A stretch of 64,000 nucleotides of DNA, taken from IMG/VR virus record IMGVR_UViG_3300020048_000036, positions 66,639-130,638 of that record. One strand, given 5' to 3'. The DNA is from a virus. The first letter of the stretch is position 1; every line of letters begins with the position of its first letter. A model generated the notes under the pieces. That model saw only the letters and a program-made list of their open reading frames with translations, was not told the DNA's origin and searched no databases. Shown in pieces: positions 33,384-43,380 of this stretch. Made by a program: the position numbers and the translations under genes.

Positions 33384-33831
33384 ATTATTGTGTCATTGGT
33401 GTAAGTCAATAAATCTCCAAAACCATTCAGACTTGTATCACAAGAAAATACCAAGTAAAACCTATCCGCTTTGGTTTCCGAAATAGTATAAGCGTGACAA
33501 TTACAATCCCCCTTGTAACAATGTTTTTTTAACACTATCAAATGTTCTTCTTCACTCTTACATGCTCCAAAGATACAAAGAATAATTGGAATTACCAAAT
33601 ATTTCATGGATTTAATTTTACATTGTGAATAACTGTGTCGCCTACAAAATAAGATGAATCACAATTAAAATTTAACTTAACCAAACCACCTGCTTTATCT
33701 TTACCTTGGGATAAACAACCACAACCATAGCTATAACACTCAACAGCATAAATAACAGTTGTAGTTGGATTATAATATTCCCTACATGATACAAAAGTAA
33801 GTAAAAGAATTGACAATAGCAAATATTTCAT
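33365..33831 (-). CDS. Two small paralogous lipoproteins (33365-33607, 33604-33831)
   Basis: MKYL starts, lipobox-like FGAC and FVSC, shared C..C.C and F.CD.S..GD patterns. Confidence 0.6.
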
Positions 33832-33834
33832 GGT

Positions 33835-34341
33835 TTATTTTTTGAGTTGGTGGATTGTTCGCAAAAATTCAATTACATCTAATTCTAGGACTTCTAATGA
33901 ACTATCGTTGATGATTACATAATCACTGTCTTGAAAAACTGATACGACCTTAGAATGTGTTTCTAGGGGTTTACGGGGGTCGTAGATACCTAGCGTGACA
34001 TCAAAAACACCTTCCTCAACACAAGCATATAGTTCTTCTGGGTCTCGCATCCCCAAATAAACATTTCCTTGCTTTAGTACTTCCCTAGCCAACCTCGTTT
34101 TATCTTCCTTGTTATATCGTTGTATGGATTCAAACATTTCTTTGCGAAAAGGGAATCTACCCTCATAAGCATCCTTAATTGTCTTAAACCCATGTTTTAC
34201 GAATACATCCTCGAACATGAACAATTCCATTGCTACTTCTGAACTAGCAGTACATTTTAGGTCACTATGTTTTTCTATAAGCCTACCTACCGTATCTTTC
34301 CCATGCTGGGCTGAACCAATTACCACAATATTCATAACCAA
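33835..34341 (-). CDS. Deoxynucleoside monophosphate kinase-like P-loop protein
   Basis: IVVIGSAQHGKDT, G.RDP.E and VIINDSSL. Confidence 0.7.
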   Translation of the reverse strand: MVMNIVVIGSAQHGKDTVGRLIEKHSDLKCTASSEVAMELFMFEDVFVKHGFKTIKDAYEGRFPFRKEMFESIQRYNKEDKTRLAREVLKQGNVYLGMRDPEELYACVEEGVFDVTLGIYDPRKPLETHSKVVSVFQDSDYVIINDSSLEVLELDVIEFLRTIHQLKK

Positions 34342-34537
34342 CTTTGTTTACAAATTAAATAAACTTCCCACAACTCCTGTTCTGATAATTCCCGCAAGTA
34401 GGAATCGTACCAACCCCATTTGTACTGTTTTTCATTATAAGAGCCGTTAGGCTTTATAATAGGATTATTCAAAATCTTTATGTTAGGTTCTATATTTAAC
34501 ACTAACCTTACCAAATCTTCTTTATCCAATTCTAAAT

Positions 34538-35278
34538 TCATCCATTCAATTTTAAGTAAATTTCATAATGTTTACTAATCTCCACTGCTGTCTCCCTTAC
34601 AATACTAAAAGCCAAGTCAATAGTATTTTGGTCATAAATAAATGGTTCATACCATACACGTCCACCAAGCACTAAATCCTGTCTTGAACCTCCTTTAAAA
34701 ATAGGCTTGAGTTCTTTACGTTCAATAATACAGTACTCTGCACCTCCTACTTTTATTCCTTTTTGTTCTAATGCTCCAATATAGAGTGGGAGTTGTAGTT
34801 TCTTTGCGGAATGTAGGTCTGCTTTGCTCTTTTCGGACTTGGTTTTGTAGTCACGGATTAGGTCAATCTTTTTTCGTTTGATAGGTGTTAAATCATCAAT
34901 ATATCCAAGAACCACGAAATCTCCAAAATCAATAACTATCTCTACTTGATAATTACCTAAAGGTTGTATTGTGTCTAGGATTTTGAGGTCTTCTGCGGAA
35001 AACTTGTCTACATCCTTACGTTCACAAATATAATTTTCCACTTCCGTCCCAAAGTCACCGTAGATTGATAAGGCAGATGATGTAGTATCCAAATGTAGAA
35101 AATAATCCATTATGTAGTCAACCTTTCCGTCAACATTGTTAAACGATTCTTTCTTGGTGTTCCGCCACTTCTCTATTTGAGACCAACTTAATTGTGGTTT
35201 TCCAATATATTTATCATGTAATGGGTTACTTCCCCCTTTCTCCCAAGTTTTTTGGGTATATGTTTTTGGTAAAATCAT
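34538..35278 (-). CDS. PD-(D/E)XK (Cas4/RecB-like) nuclease
   Basis: LSWSQ, GYIDD, IRDYKT and QLPLY motifs. Confidence 0.8.
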   Translation of the reverse strand: MILPKTYTQKTWEKGGSNPLHDKYIGKPQLSWSQIEKWRNTKKESFNNVDGKVDYIMDYFLHLDTTSSALSIYGDFGTEVENYICERKDVDKFSAEDLKILDTIQPLGNYQVEIVIDFGDFVVLGYIDDLTPIKRKKIDLIRDYKTKSEKSKADLHSAKKLQLPLYIGALEQKGIKVGGAEYCIIERKELKPIFKGGSRQDLVLGGRVWYEPFIYDQNTIDLAFSIVRETAVEISKHYEIYLKLNG

Positions 35279-35604
35279 TTATTATATTTTTCGTTGTAAT
35301 TTTTTATGAGTTCTAAATTTTCTTCCGCATTCTGTAAAAGATTTTTTAAAATACTTATATGTTTTCTAGTCCTCCTCACGAAATTTACCCAAGCATCTTT
35401 TTTATCAGGATATGCAAATTTCTTTTTACTTTCTCTGTTAATCCATCTTTTCCTCCACCCCAAATCAACCCAATATCCTTTTTCAGTATAAGTGAGTATA
35501 AGGTATTCCTCTAAGTTTACTTCCTTTTGGTTATAACATAAAAGTCCGTCTCTTTTTTCCACTTCTTTTACAACGTATCTGTATAGCATCTTAGGTTTAT
35601 CCAT
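35275..35604 (-). CDS. Hypothetical protein
   Basis: Intact ORF; 34332-34541 is another small hypothetical nearby. Confidence 0.65.
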   Translation of the reverse strand: MDKPKMLYRYVVKEVEKRDGLLCYNQKEVNLEEYLILTYTEKGYWVDLGWRKRWINRESKKKFAYPDKKDAWVNFVRRTRKHISILKNLLQNAEENLELIKNYNEKYNK

Positions 35605-35615
35605 ATCTTGGACTT

Positions 35616-36398
35616 TTAAAAAGGTAATTTAGAATTGGGATTACTAATATTTTTCAGCAAATAGTTAAAATCACTTACATGTTTATCTTGACCATTGAGT
35701 GCATACTTCAATTTAGCTTCTATAATAGTCAACATATCAGCTACTTTGAAATCAAAACCATTGTACTTAATGTTTTTATACCTTTGCTGTGGCTTTACAA
35801 CTACGTCAGCTTTAAACTCTGTTGTTTCATTACCTAGTTTACAAGTTAGGCTGTAACAGTCCGTAAAGTCATTTGCGGATTTTTTGAAACCACCCTCCTC
35901 AACCTCCGTTAATATTTCACTACCATCAGGTGCTACAAGTTTTGTATAATATGGTAAGATTATATCCAAGTCCACATATTCTCTTTCCAAAACAACTCCA
36001 TGTAAGAACAACCCCACACTACCACCTACAATTATAAGAGGATTTGCTTTAGATAGTTCTTGAAGTACTGGAATAAGGAACCTGTTATCGGTTCTCTCTT
36101 TTTCTTGTTGATTTAAAATTTCCTGTAACTCTTCCACTGTAACTAACTTCTCTACTTTCAAAGAATTTGTTTTCCAATAAGTAGATTGTTTACTTGATTT
36201 TTCATCAGGCACTACTTCGATGTATTGGAAGCCTTTTCCGATTGGAAACTTGTTTAGCATTACTTCTACATCCGAGTAACACTCAAATGCGTAGGTGTAG
36301 CTGTTTTTAGGCTCAACACTAACTGTTTCTCCTATGTTAAAGATTGTTTTGTCAGCTATAAATTCAGGGCTAACGGCCTTGTAGTATTTCTTGCTCAT
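35616..36398 (-). CDS. Two-domain protein with a pol-beta-type nucleotidyltransferase domain
   Basis: IIVGGSVGL.L.G...R...DLDII (hhGS..DxD), KADV and K...D; separate N-terminal phage domain. Confidence 0.65.
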   Translation of the reverse strand: MSKKYYKAVSPEFIADKTIFNIGETVSVEPKNSYTYAFECYSDVEVMLNKFPIGKGFQYIEVVPDEKSSKQSTYWKTNSLKVEKLVTVEELQEILNQQEKERTDNRFLIPVLQELSKANPLIIVGGSVGLFLHGVVLEREYVDLDIILPYYTKLVAPDGSEILTEVEEGGFKKSANDFTDCYSLTCKLGNETTEFKADVVVKPQQRYKNIKYNGFDFKVADMLTIIEAKLKYALNGQDKHVSDFNYLLKNISNPNSKLPF

Positions 36399-36442
36399 GT
36401 TTGTGGTTTTGTATGTTAAAAGTTTTTTTTGCGAAATCTAAG

Positions 36443-36516
36443 TGTTCCCTACAGGACTTGAACCTATGACCCCCGTATTAAAAGTACGGTGCTCTAACCA
36501 TCTGAGCTAAGAGAAC
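36443..36516 (-). tRNA. trnK: tRNA-Lys(TTT)
   Basis: Canonical cloverleaf: GTTCTCT/AGGGAAC, GCTC/GAGC, CCGTA-CTTTTAA-TACGG and TTCAAGT; CCA is not encoded. Confidence 0.95.
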
Positions 36517-36525
36517 AAACCATTA

Positions 36526-37326
36526 TTACTTCCCTATGTTCTTAAACAAACCAGGTACTTGCTCACCATACAAAGGAGTGCGACCATCCCACTTCTCAAT
36601 AAACATTTTCTGTAGTATTTCGGGGGTTAAACCTGCTGCTAAAATTCGATTATGTTCTGCCTCAAGTTTAGCAAGTTCATTACGCTTTTGCTGCTCTTGA
36701 ATTTGTTGGTCAAGTACACTTATATTAGTGTTAACCTCGTTTCGGCTGTCAATTTTACTCTTTACCTTATCAGAGAAATCAAGATTTGCACTAAAGGTTA
36801 TTAATTCCAACCCTTTTTCCTGAAAAGATTGTTTAATCAATTCCTGTACACGTTCCTCAAATCTAAGTGAACCACCAGTAGCCATAAGACTGTCTGTGGG
36901 AAACTTTCGGCTTTCTTCCTTAATCAAATCATAAATATGAGGTTCAAGTATATTATTTTCCAATTGCGCCATAAAATCATCACCCCCACCAAGACGGGCA
37001 TTTTGAAATACAATATCCACTACACGGCTTTCAATGGCACGATAGGAATAAAGTGGTTTCGCTGTAAAAGCTGTATTGTCAGATGCTTTTAGATTCAACA
37101 CTTGGTCACCAAAGTTAGCACGTTGCTCGAAAGCAGGTACTTGGAATAGTTCACATCCCATACAAGTAGCTACATTCACCCTACCCTGTTGTTTTGAGTA
37201 GTCCTGCTTACCATTTTTCCCATAGTTTTCCATTAGTACACCATAGTAGTTAGGAGCTACACGTTCACAACTACTCATTAGCATTACTGCTATTCCTAGC
37301 ATCAAAATTACTTTCAGATTTTTCAT
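36526..37326 (-). CDS. SPFH/Band-7 domain lipoprotein
   Basis: Lipobox MSSC, V.PN..GV, C-terminal coiled coil and ..IEKWDG..P. Confidence 0.8.
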   Translation of the reverse strand: MKNLKVILMLGIAVMLMSSCERVAPNYYGVLMENYGKNGKQDYSKQQGRVNVATCMGCELFQVPAFEQRANFGDQVLNLKASDNTAFTAKPLYSYRAIESRVVDIVFQNARLGGGDDFMAQLENNILEPHIYDLIKEESRKFPTDSLMATGGSLRFEERVQELIKQSFQEKGLELITFSANLDFSDKVKSKIDSRNEVNTNISVLDQQIQEQQKRNELAKLEAEHNRILAAGLTPEILQKMFIEKWDGRTPLYGEQVPGLFKNIGK

Positions 37327-37517
37327 TTGGTTTTTGGTTTAAATTTAAGGATTAGTAAAAATATTATTAGAATTATTAAAGCGAAACTAGCATATGGGCT
37401 TACATGGTTAAATAACCAGTTGGTTGAGAATAACACAAATAAGCCAATAAGAAAATAAACAAGGTATTTCATGGTTTGTTAATTTGATGGTGTAAAGATA
37501 AGTAATTTAGTTGAGCC

Positions 37518-37844
37518 CTACAAATATTTCTTCATTGTTTGGTAAAAATCTTCCGACATTTTCTCAAACTCCTCTAATTGAATATCCTTGAATACAGAAA
37601 GGTCAATACGTACTTTACTAATCAACATACATTCATATTGTATGCTTATTCCTTCCTCTTCATCATATTTGCGGAAATCATAGAAGAACACACCAACTTG
37701 ATAACCTTCAAAAGATTTCCAGTAAGCAAAATTCTCACGTTTCCATCCTTGGTTGTATTTTCTGTAACCATTATCTTTAAGATAAGTTTCTACATCTTCC
37801 AACCACTTGTCCCAATCTTTTGGTTTTATTTCTGTTAGTTTCAT
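37518..37844 (-). CDS. Hypothetical protein
   Basis: ORF with promoter at 37849. Confidence 0.7.
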   Translation of the reverse strand: MKLTEIKPKDWDKWLEDVETYLKDNGYRKYNQGWKRENFAYWKSFEGYQVGVFFYDFRKYDEEEGISIQYECMLISKVRIDLSVFKDIQLEEFEKMSEDFYQTMKKYL

Positions 37845-37884
37845 AGTTCAAAGTTACTAAATTTTTTCCGAAAAACCTATTTTT

Positions 37885-38811
37885 CTACAACAATTCTTTT
37901 TTCAACTCCTCAACAGTTTTATTAAAACTAGTTTGAATTATAAGAGAAGCTATATTTTGTTCATACTCTGAAAAAGTATTGTACCTATCTAATACAATAC
38001 GAGCATCTTCTTTTGTATACTTACCTAGCTTGGCTACTTTTTCTAGGAGTGGAGTACCTTCAAAATCTAAATTGTTAAGACGTTTTTCTACAATAGGTAA
38101 TCTCATCATTCTAAGTAAAATATTGGCTACTGTAACAACATCCCTCTCGCAGTATCTTGCTACCCTAACCACATCCCCTGACCAATAGGTTTTACTAGTC
38201 TCATCCCCTTGAATATCTTGTTTAGGATTTTCCAACCCAAAAGCAGCAGCTAAAGCTATAAGGCTTGGTGGGGTAAATGACGTACCTTGGAAAAGTTCCT
38301 TAGTATCAAGAATATAGTGTAAATCCCAACTCTTAACACCACTGGTATCTATAAGGGGATGTAATTCTAATCCTAATATAAGTGACCTACGTAACAAGAA
38401 TGAAATGTCAAATGCTTTCACTGAATGACCACAAATATATATGTTACCATATTTAGCCTTGAAAGCATCCAAAGAATTACAAAAAGCATTTATAATATCT
38501 GCTTCTGTTTGTATTTTTTCATTACATCCTTCATAAAAGGATGTTACGTTTATAACACCATCACTAAGTTTAACATGTCCTATACTTATAACGGCTACTT
38601 TCGCAAATTCTGGGTATAGAGCCGCCTTCTCAGAAAAGGAATCTAGTATATCCTCAGTAAATCCTTTACGGTCAAATTCTTTGGAGTGGCGTTGTTTATA
38701 CTCCCAAGCGGAATGATACCTACTATCTTCCGTTAAATGTTCTTCAATGCAGACTGTTTCTATATCAAAAAACAATATATGTTCTACATTTACTTTACTA
38801 AGTACTCGCAT
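37885..38811 (-). CDS. PolB-type 3'-5' exonuclease (DnaQ-like)
   Basis: LFFDIETV, AALYPEFAKV, GHSVKAFDI..L.RR and YCERDV. Confidence 0.88.
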   Translation of the reverse strand: MRVLSKVNVEHILFFDIETVCIEEHLTEDSRYHSAWEYKQRHSKEFDRKGFTEDILDSFSEKAALYPEFAKVAVISIGHVKLSDGVINVTSFYEGCNEKIQTEADIINAFCNSLDAFKAKYGNIYICGHSVKAFDISFLLRRSLILGLELHPLIDTSGVKSWDLHYILDTKELFQGTSFTPPSLIALAAAFGLENPKQDIQGDETSKTYWSGDVVRVARYCERDVVTVANILLRMMRLPIVEKRLNNLDFEGTPLLEKVAKLGKYTKEDARIVLDRYNTFSEYEQNIASLIIQTSFNKTVEELKKELL

Positions 38812-39599
38812 AGTTCTTGATTTTCTTTAAGTTGTAAATTATAATAATAGTAATAATATTCCAATGGATTTTCTGATAAACACTCAGTGTGTCCCTCAAA
38901 TTTAATTGAAGGGGTAAAAGATATATTTTTAAAATCCTCTAAAATAGTTTTCTCACTTAAAATTGCTGAGTAAACATCCATTGGAAATTCAGCAATTACT
39001 TTCAAATTATATTTAGCAGCAAGTGGCCTAATTCTTTTTTTAATGTTATTAGTTACACCCACTTTAAAAAACCTTTCATAGTCATTCCATAATTCTACGA
39101 CATAAAAATTTGTATACATTTTACTATAAGTACCTTTATTATTCAAAACCTTAGTAGGTTTTATAAATAAACCTCCTTGCTGATACTCACTAATACACAT
39201 AGGGCATTTAGACCCTGCTATGTGTTGATTTGCCCTAACTACAAAATCACCATGCTCTTTACATGTTATGGTTAATTTCTTAGCAGTTGCTTGATATGTG
39301 GTATTATCATAATTAAAACAATCTTCACCATGTCTTTCTTTACTTAAATTAATAAAATAGGCTGTAGAATCCACAGCAGACCTAATAGAGGGCTTAAAAC
39401 CATCAAGTAGATATTTTGGCCTTGTAGCACAAATCCCATACTTATCCTTAACAAGAATATTAGTACTTACATCTACGAAATCTCCTCCTATCAAAGTAAA
39501 TACCCCTTCTCTATAATGTTTATTTTGGTTAAATAACTTAACCAAAAACTCATCTAAAGTAGTTACCTTACCAATCCGTTCCTTTTTGTATATTCTCAT
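38790..39599 (-). CDS. Homing-endonuclease-like protein (DUF723/GIY-YIG-like)
   Basis: I.CKEHG.F...A.QH..G.KCP.C; FYVVEL.ND.E.FFKVGVT; FEGHTECL. Confidence 0.82.
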   Translation of the reverse strand: MRIYKKERIGKVTTLDEFLVKLFNQNKHYREGVFTLIGGDFVDVSTNILVKDKYGICATRPKYLLDGFKPSIRSAVDSTAYFINLSKERHGEDCFNYDNTTYQATAKKLTITCKEHGDFVVRANQHIAGSKCPMCISEYQQGGLFIKPTKVLNNKGTYSKMYTNFYVVELWNDYERFFKVGVTNNIKKRIRPLAAKYNLKVIAEFPMDVYSAILSEKTILEDFKNISFTPSIKFEGHTECLSENPLEYYYYYYNLQLKENQELCEYLVK

Positions 39600-39602
39600 T
39601 TG

Positions 39603-39785
39603 TTATTTTTTGTGATTCCAAACCAATGTATAAATTCCCGCAAAAACTGGGATAAATATTACGATTCCCCCTGCAACCCACCCTAACTTAGTATCATAAT
39701 TAGCTAGAGCATATAACCCTAATGATAAGTATATCACCAATAGAATTAGTATAGCTAGACTTTTAAGTGCTATTTTAAAATTCAT
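39603..39785 (-). CDS. Two-TM membrane protein
   Basis: Two hydrophobic helices. Confidence 0.65.
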   Translation of the reverse strand: MNFKIALKSLAILILLVIYLSLGLYALANYDTKLGWVAGGIVIFIPVFAGIYTLVWNHKK

Positions 39786-40199
39786 TAATCTTCATTTAGG
39801 TTTGGTAAAATATCAACAACGGTTTCGTAAAATCCATCAACATAAGTTAGGTAGGGATGTTCGGACAACTCACCGCTATTTTCCCCTTCTTCTACATTAG
39901 CCATTGTTTGTATTTCTTGGTTTGTAATAAAATTATCTATTACGATGGATTTCTTTCCTTGTTGGATTGTAGTTATTACGTCATATACTTCTTCACCTAT
40001 TTTTGCTTTTACAATTACCTTGCAGTATGAACCAGGCTGTAGGTTCCAACTATTACCTTTCTTGGTACGATATTGTAGTTCAAAAGTATGTTCTTTAAGG
40101 CTATAGAACTTATTGAGGTCTTGTTCTTCGGCGAAATTTGTCAGTCTTTTGATTGGTTGGGTAAATCTCGAATAGCTTACCAGTTATTTCAAAGTTCAT
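39785..40199 (-). pseudogene. Chimeric or frameshifted gene: DUF3127-like 5' fragment joined out of frame to a ~116-codon ORF
   Basis: MNFEITGKLFEIYPTNQKTDKFRRR stops after 29 aa; the +1 frame stays open to 39785 with no upstream ATG. Confidence 0.5.
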
Positions 40200-40292
40200 G
40201 ATTAAGGGTTAAGGGTTACAAGTAAATAAATAGCTACTAATAGCATAATGCAAAAAGCAACTATGGCTATATCGGCTTCTGTTATTGGGCGG

Positions 40293-43200
40293 TTAAAGGG
40301 GTTTTTCATTGGCTAGGTTTAGGGCGGTTATAATGCGGTGGGCTTGTATGCACTCGTTGCCAAATTCCAATAGCCTTTCTGAAATGTTTGTATTCCACCC
40401 ACTAGGTCGCCATGTATTAGCAACTTTGGAAATAGAGATAAACCCTAAAGGTGAACTATATCCGTGGTCAACTTTCCACCCGTGCTTTTCTATTTCGGCT
40501 AATATTTCAGCTTCGGTTGCGGCTATTTTAGGTTCACTACCTATTATGCGAATCATTGAGCCAGAAATCAATTCAACCCAACTGTATATTTCGTCTTTGA
40601 CAAGAATACTTCCACTGGGGCTTATTACGGCTTGTCCTACTTGGTACATGGTGCTGTGTTTTGAGTGTTAGCTAAATCGGTTAATTCACGTTCTAAGGTT
40701 TGCACCTCGCTAACCAAATGGTCGATTAATGGAATTGCAGTGCCCACCATTACAGCGTGTTTCCTGTCGATGCCAGGCTGGTTACGGGCTTTCATTTCCA
40801 AATAGCCACGGGCTTTTAGCTCCGCTACTTGCTTAAATGTTTCGGTGTTGCTTAGTTTCATAAGGTGGTTTTTAGGTGTGCGTAATCGCTTGCCATATCC
40901 ACGGCTAAATCGTTAAACCCGTAATACTTTGCAAGGTCGATAAGGTCTTTTACTTTGCCCCCATTCAAAACGTAGTTGATACCGTTCAAATCCAGCATTT
41001 CAAACTGGTTGCGTAGCATTACTTTAATTATGCCTAATTGCTTTTCGGTTAGCTTTTCCATTGGTTACTTGTTATTGGTTAGTATATAAAAACGTGAAAG
41101 ACTAAAGCACCGCCCTCTAATTGGTAAGTGCCTAAATAGGTTTCTTTGATGTGATGGGTATTATGCCCCGTGCCAACCGTATAAACGGTGTACTCTATTG
41201 GCTGTTCTTGTGGGTCTAATAGCACCCATAGTTGGGGTTTCCCGTTTTGCACTTGCACGCACAATGGTTGCGCCCCGTCTGTTAATGTAACGCTTTGTTC
41301 ATTCGTTACACCTAAGGTAAATTTATGTATTACTTTCATGATTTTTGGTTATTGGTTAGGTTAAGTATTATGTCAATATCAAATTCGCTAATTCCGTAGG
41401 CTGTTGGTTTTCCTACTTTGCCACCTTTCAATATTGGGGCAATCCTGTAAGAAATACTAGGTTTTTCGTAAAGGTGAACATTTACATCAACCACTTGTAC
41501 TTCGGTTGACGTGCCGTGCTTATGTGGGTATCTAAACCCAATAGGGTACTTTACGGTAGGCAATATAAGTTCTTTAGCTTTAACACGTAACTCACGTTTA
41601 GTAGTCTCTAATTTAGCTATTTCTCTTTGCTTGTTAACTATTTCAGTATCAAGCATTTTGTTTTGTTCTATGATTTCTTGTATTGTCATACCTTTATTCT
41701 TTTCCGACATGAAATGTTTGGCTCTTGGTTTTCCGCAAATTACTTGCAATGTAATGACCATCTTGAGTAGTTATTATACTACAATAGTCTTTACCGTTGT
41801 TACTAATTTTTCCTTCCGAAATTGATGCTTTTACCAATTCAATAGCTTTAGAATCAGTAATATCCCCCTCTACAGTGATTATTATACGTCTAGTTTTCAT
41901 ACAACTTTGTCCTCTGGATTATTTTTAAGTCTATCTACACCTACCTGATATGCTTCACGGGTGATATGGGCGGGTTCTAAGCCTGTTTCGGTAAAGTTTG
42001 GGTATATACCTACATAATCAACATCGGCCTTGTGGTGAGGGTTTATATTAGGTACAATAAGGACTTTTGCGGAAATCCTTAGCTTCTCCATTAAGCCCAT
42101 TACTTTATTTTCCAAATGTTTATTAATAGTCATTTGGTCTTCCCACCCCTTCTTATACCTTTCATATTCTACTTCCAAATTTTCTAATTCTGTACTTAGC
42201 TTGTTGTTATCATCTTGAAATCCAAAAAGCAATACATCATTTTCAAATTCTTGGGCAATAAGTTTTTGTTGTAGGGTTCTTACTTTGCGGGATTTAAGAT
42301 ACCTACCTATTATAACTCCCAATGTTAATGTTGTTATCCCTATTGATATAATAAGGTATATTAAGTTTGTGTCTTCCATGTTAGTGTTGTTGTAGTTTGT
42401 TTGTGAAATTTGTTTCCTTCTCAAATATTTCCCTTAGTTCTTGGTGGGAAGTAACCTCATATTGATTAAATATTTCTGAAATAGCCCCTTCCTGTATCTC
42501 ATAGTTATCGTAGATTTTGTCGGGAAAATCATTTAACAAACCACTACAAGCAATACAAACTTTAAAGACTCCGAAATCGCCTTCAAACACGCCTACCATC
42601 TTACGCACCTTTTCTCCCTTTGGTATCTTAACATAACAGCCTTGGCATTGATGTTGCTTCCTAGCTGTCATTATTTTATCGGAAATGGAAGTATAGCTCA
42701 TTAGACAAGGTTTAAGGCGGTTATAATTGTGTGGGCTACCAATCCATCCTCGCAAAGTTCTTTTAAATTTTCGGTTGATATTGAGTTTCCGCCACCATAA
42801 ACCCAACCCTTGCGAACTGTTTTTATTAAGTTTATGTGTTTACCAGTTATGTACTCAATATCTGTTAATTCCCACCCGTGCTTTGCTATCTCGGCTAAGA
42901 TTTCAGCCTCGGTTGCGGGACGTATTTCGCTTTCGTGCTTATCAAACAACATAGCACTACCAAGTAAAGGTTTAAACCCGTACATGCCTTGCGGGTGTAT
43001 TGCGTTAATTACCGCTAGGTTATCGCCTACTAGTATTACGGCTTGTCCTACTTTATATTCTTTGGTTTCCATTTTAAAATCGGTTTTGTATGTTAATAGT
43101 ATTCATACCCATTATCCCTTCCCATAGCTTTATCCATAGGTGTTTGGAATCGTGGTCTCATTCTATTAGATTGAAGCCGTTGTAGTTCTTTACTTAGGTT

Positions 43201-43329
43201 TTCAACGGTTTTTTCGGGACCGTTTTCTTTTACGGGAATATCGTTATCCTTACTTAGTTGAGCCAATAATTCATTCAACTGTTCAATCAACTCTTCTAGT
43301 TTTTGCTCTAGTTGTTTTGTGTTATCCAT
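40293..43329 (-). CDS. Run of small early-type genes (40293-40649, 40637-40861, 40858-41061, 41079-41339, 41336-41689, 41694-41900, 41897-~42380, 42381-~42703, 42701-43072, 43093-43329)
   Basis: Overlapping or abutting ORFs; 40293 and 42701 are paralogues; 42381 has CxxC Zn ligands. Confidence 0.7.
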
Positions 43330-43380
43330 TTTGTTTAATTTTGTATTACAAAGGTAATTAAATTTTCTGAAACTACCTAA

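Noticed and set aside
38835-38865. Poly-Tyr (TAT/TAC) run as a phase-variable tract
   Set aside because: It is a short triplet run at an endonuclease tail; length changes would keep the frame.
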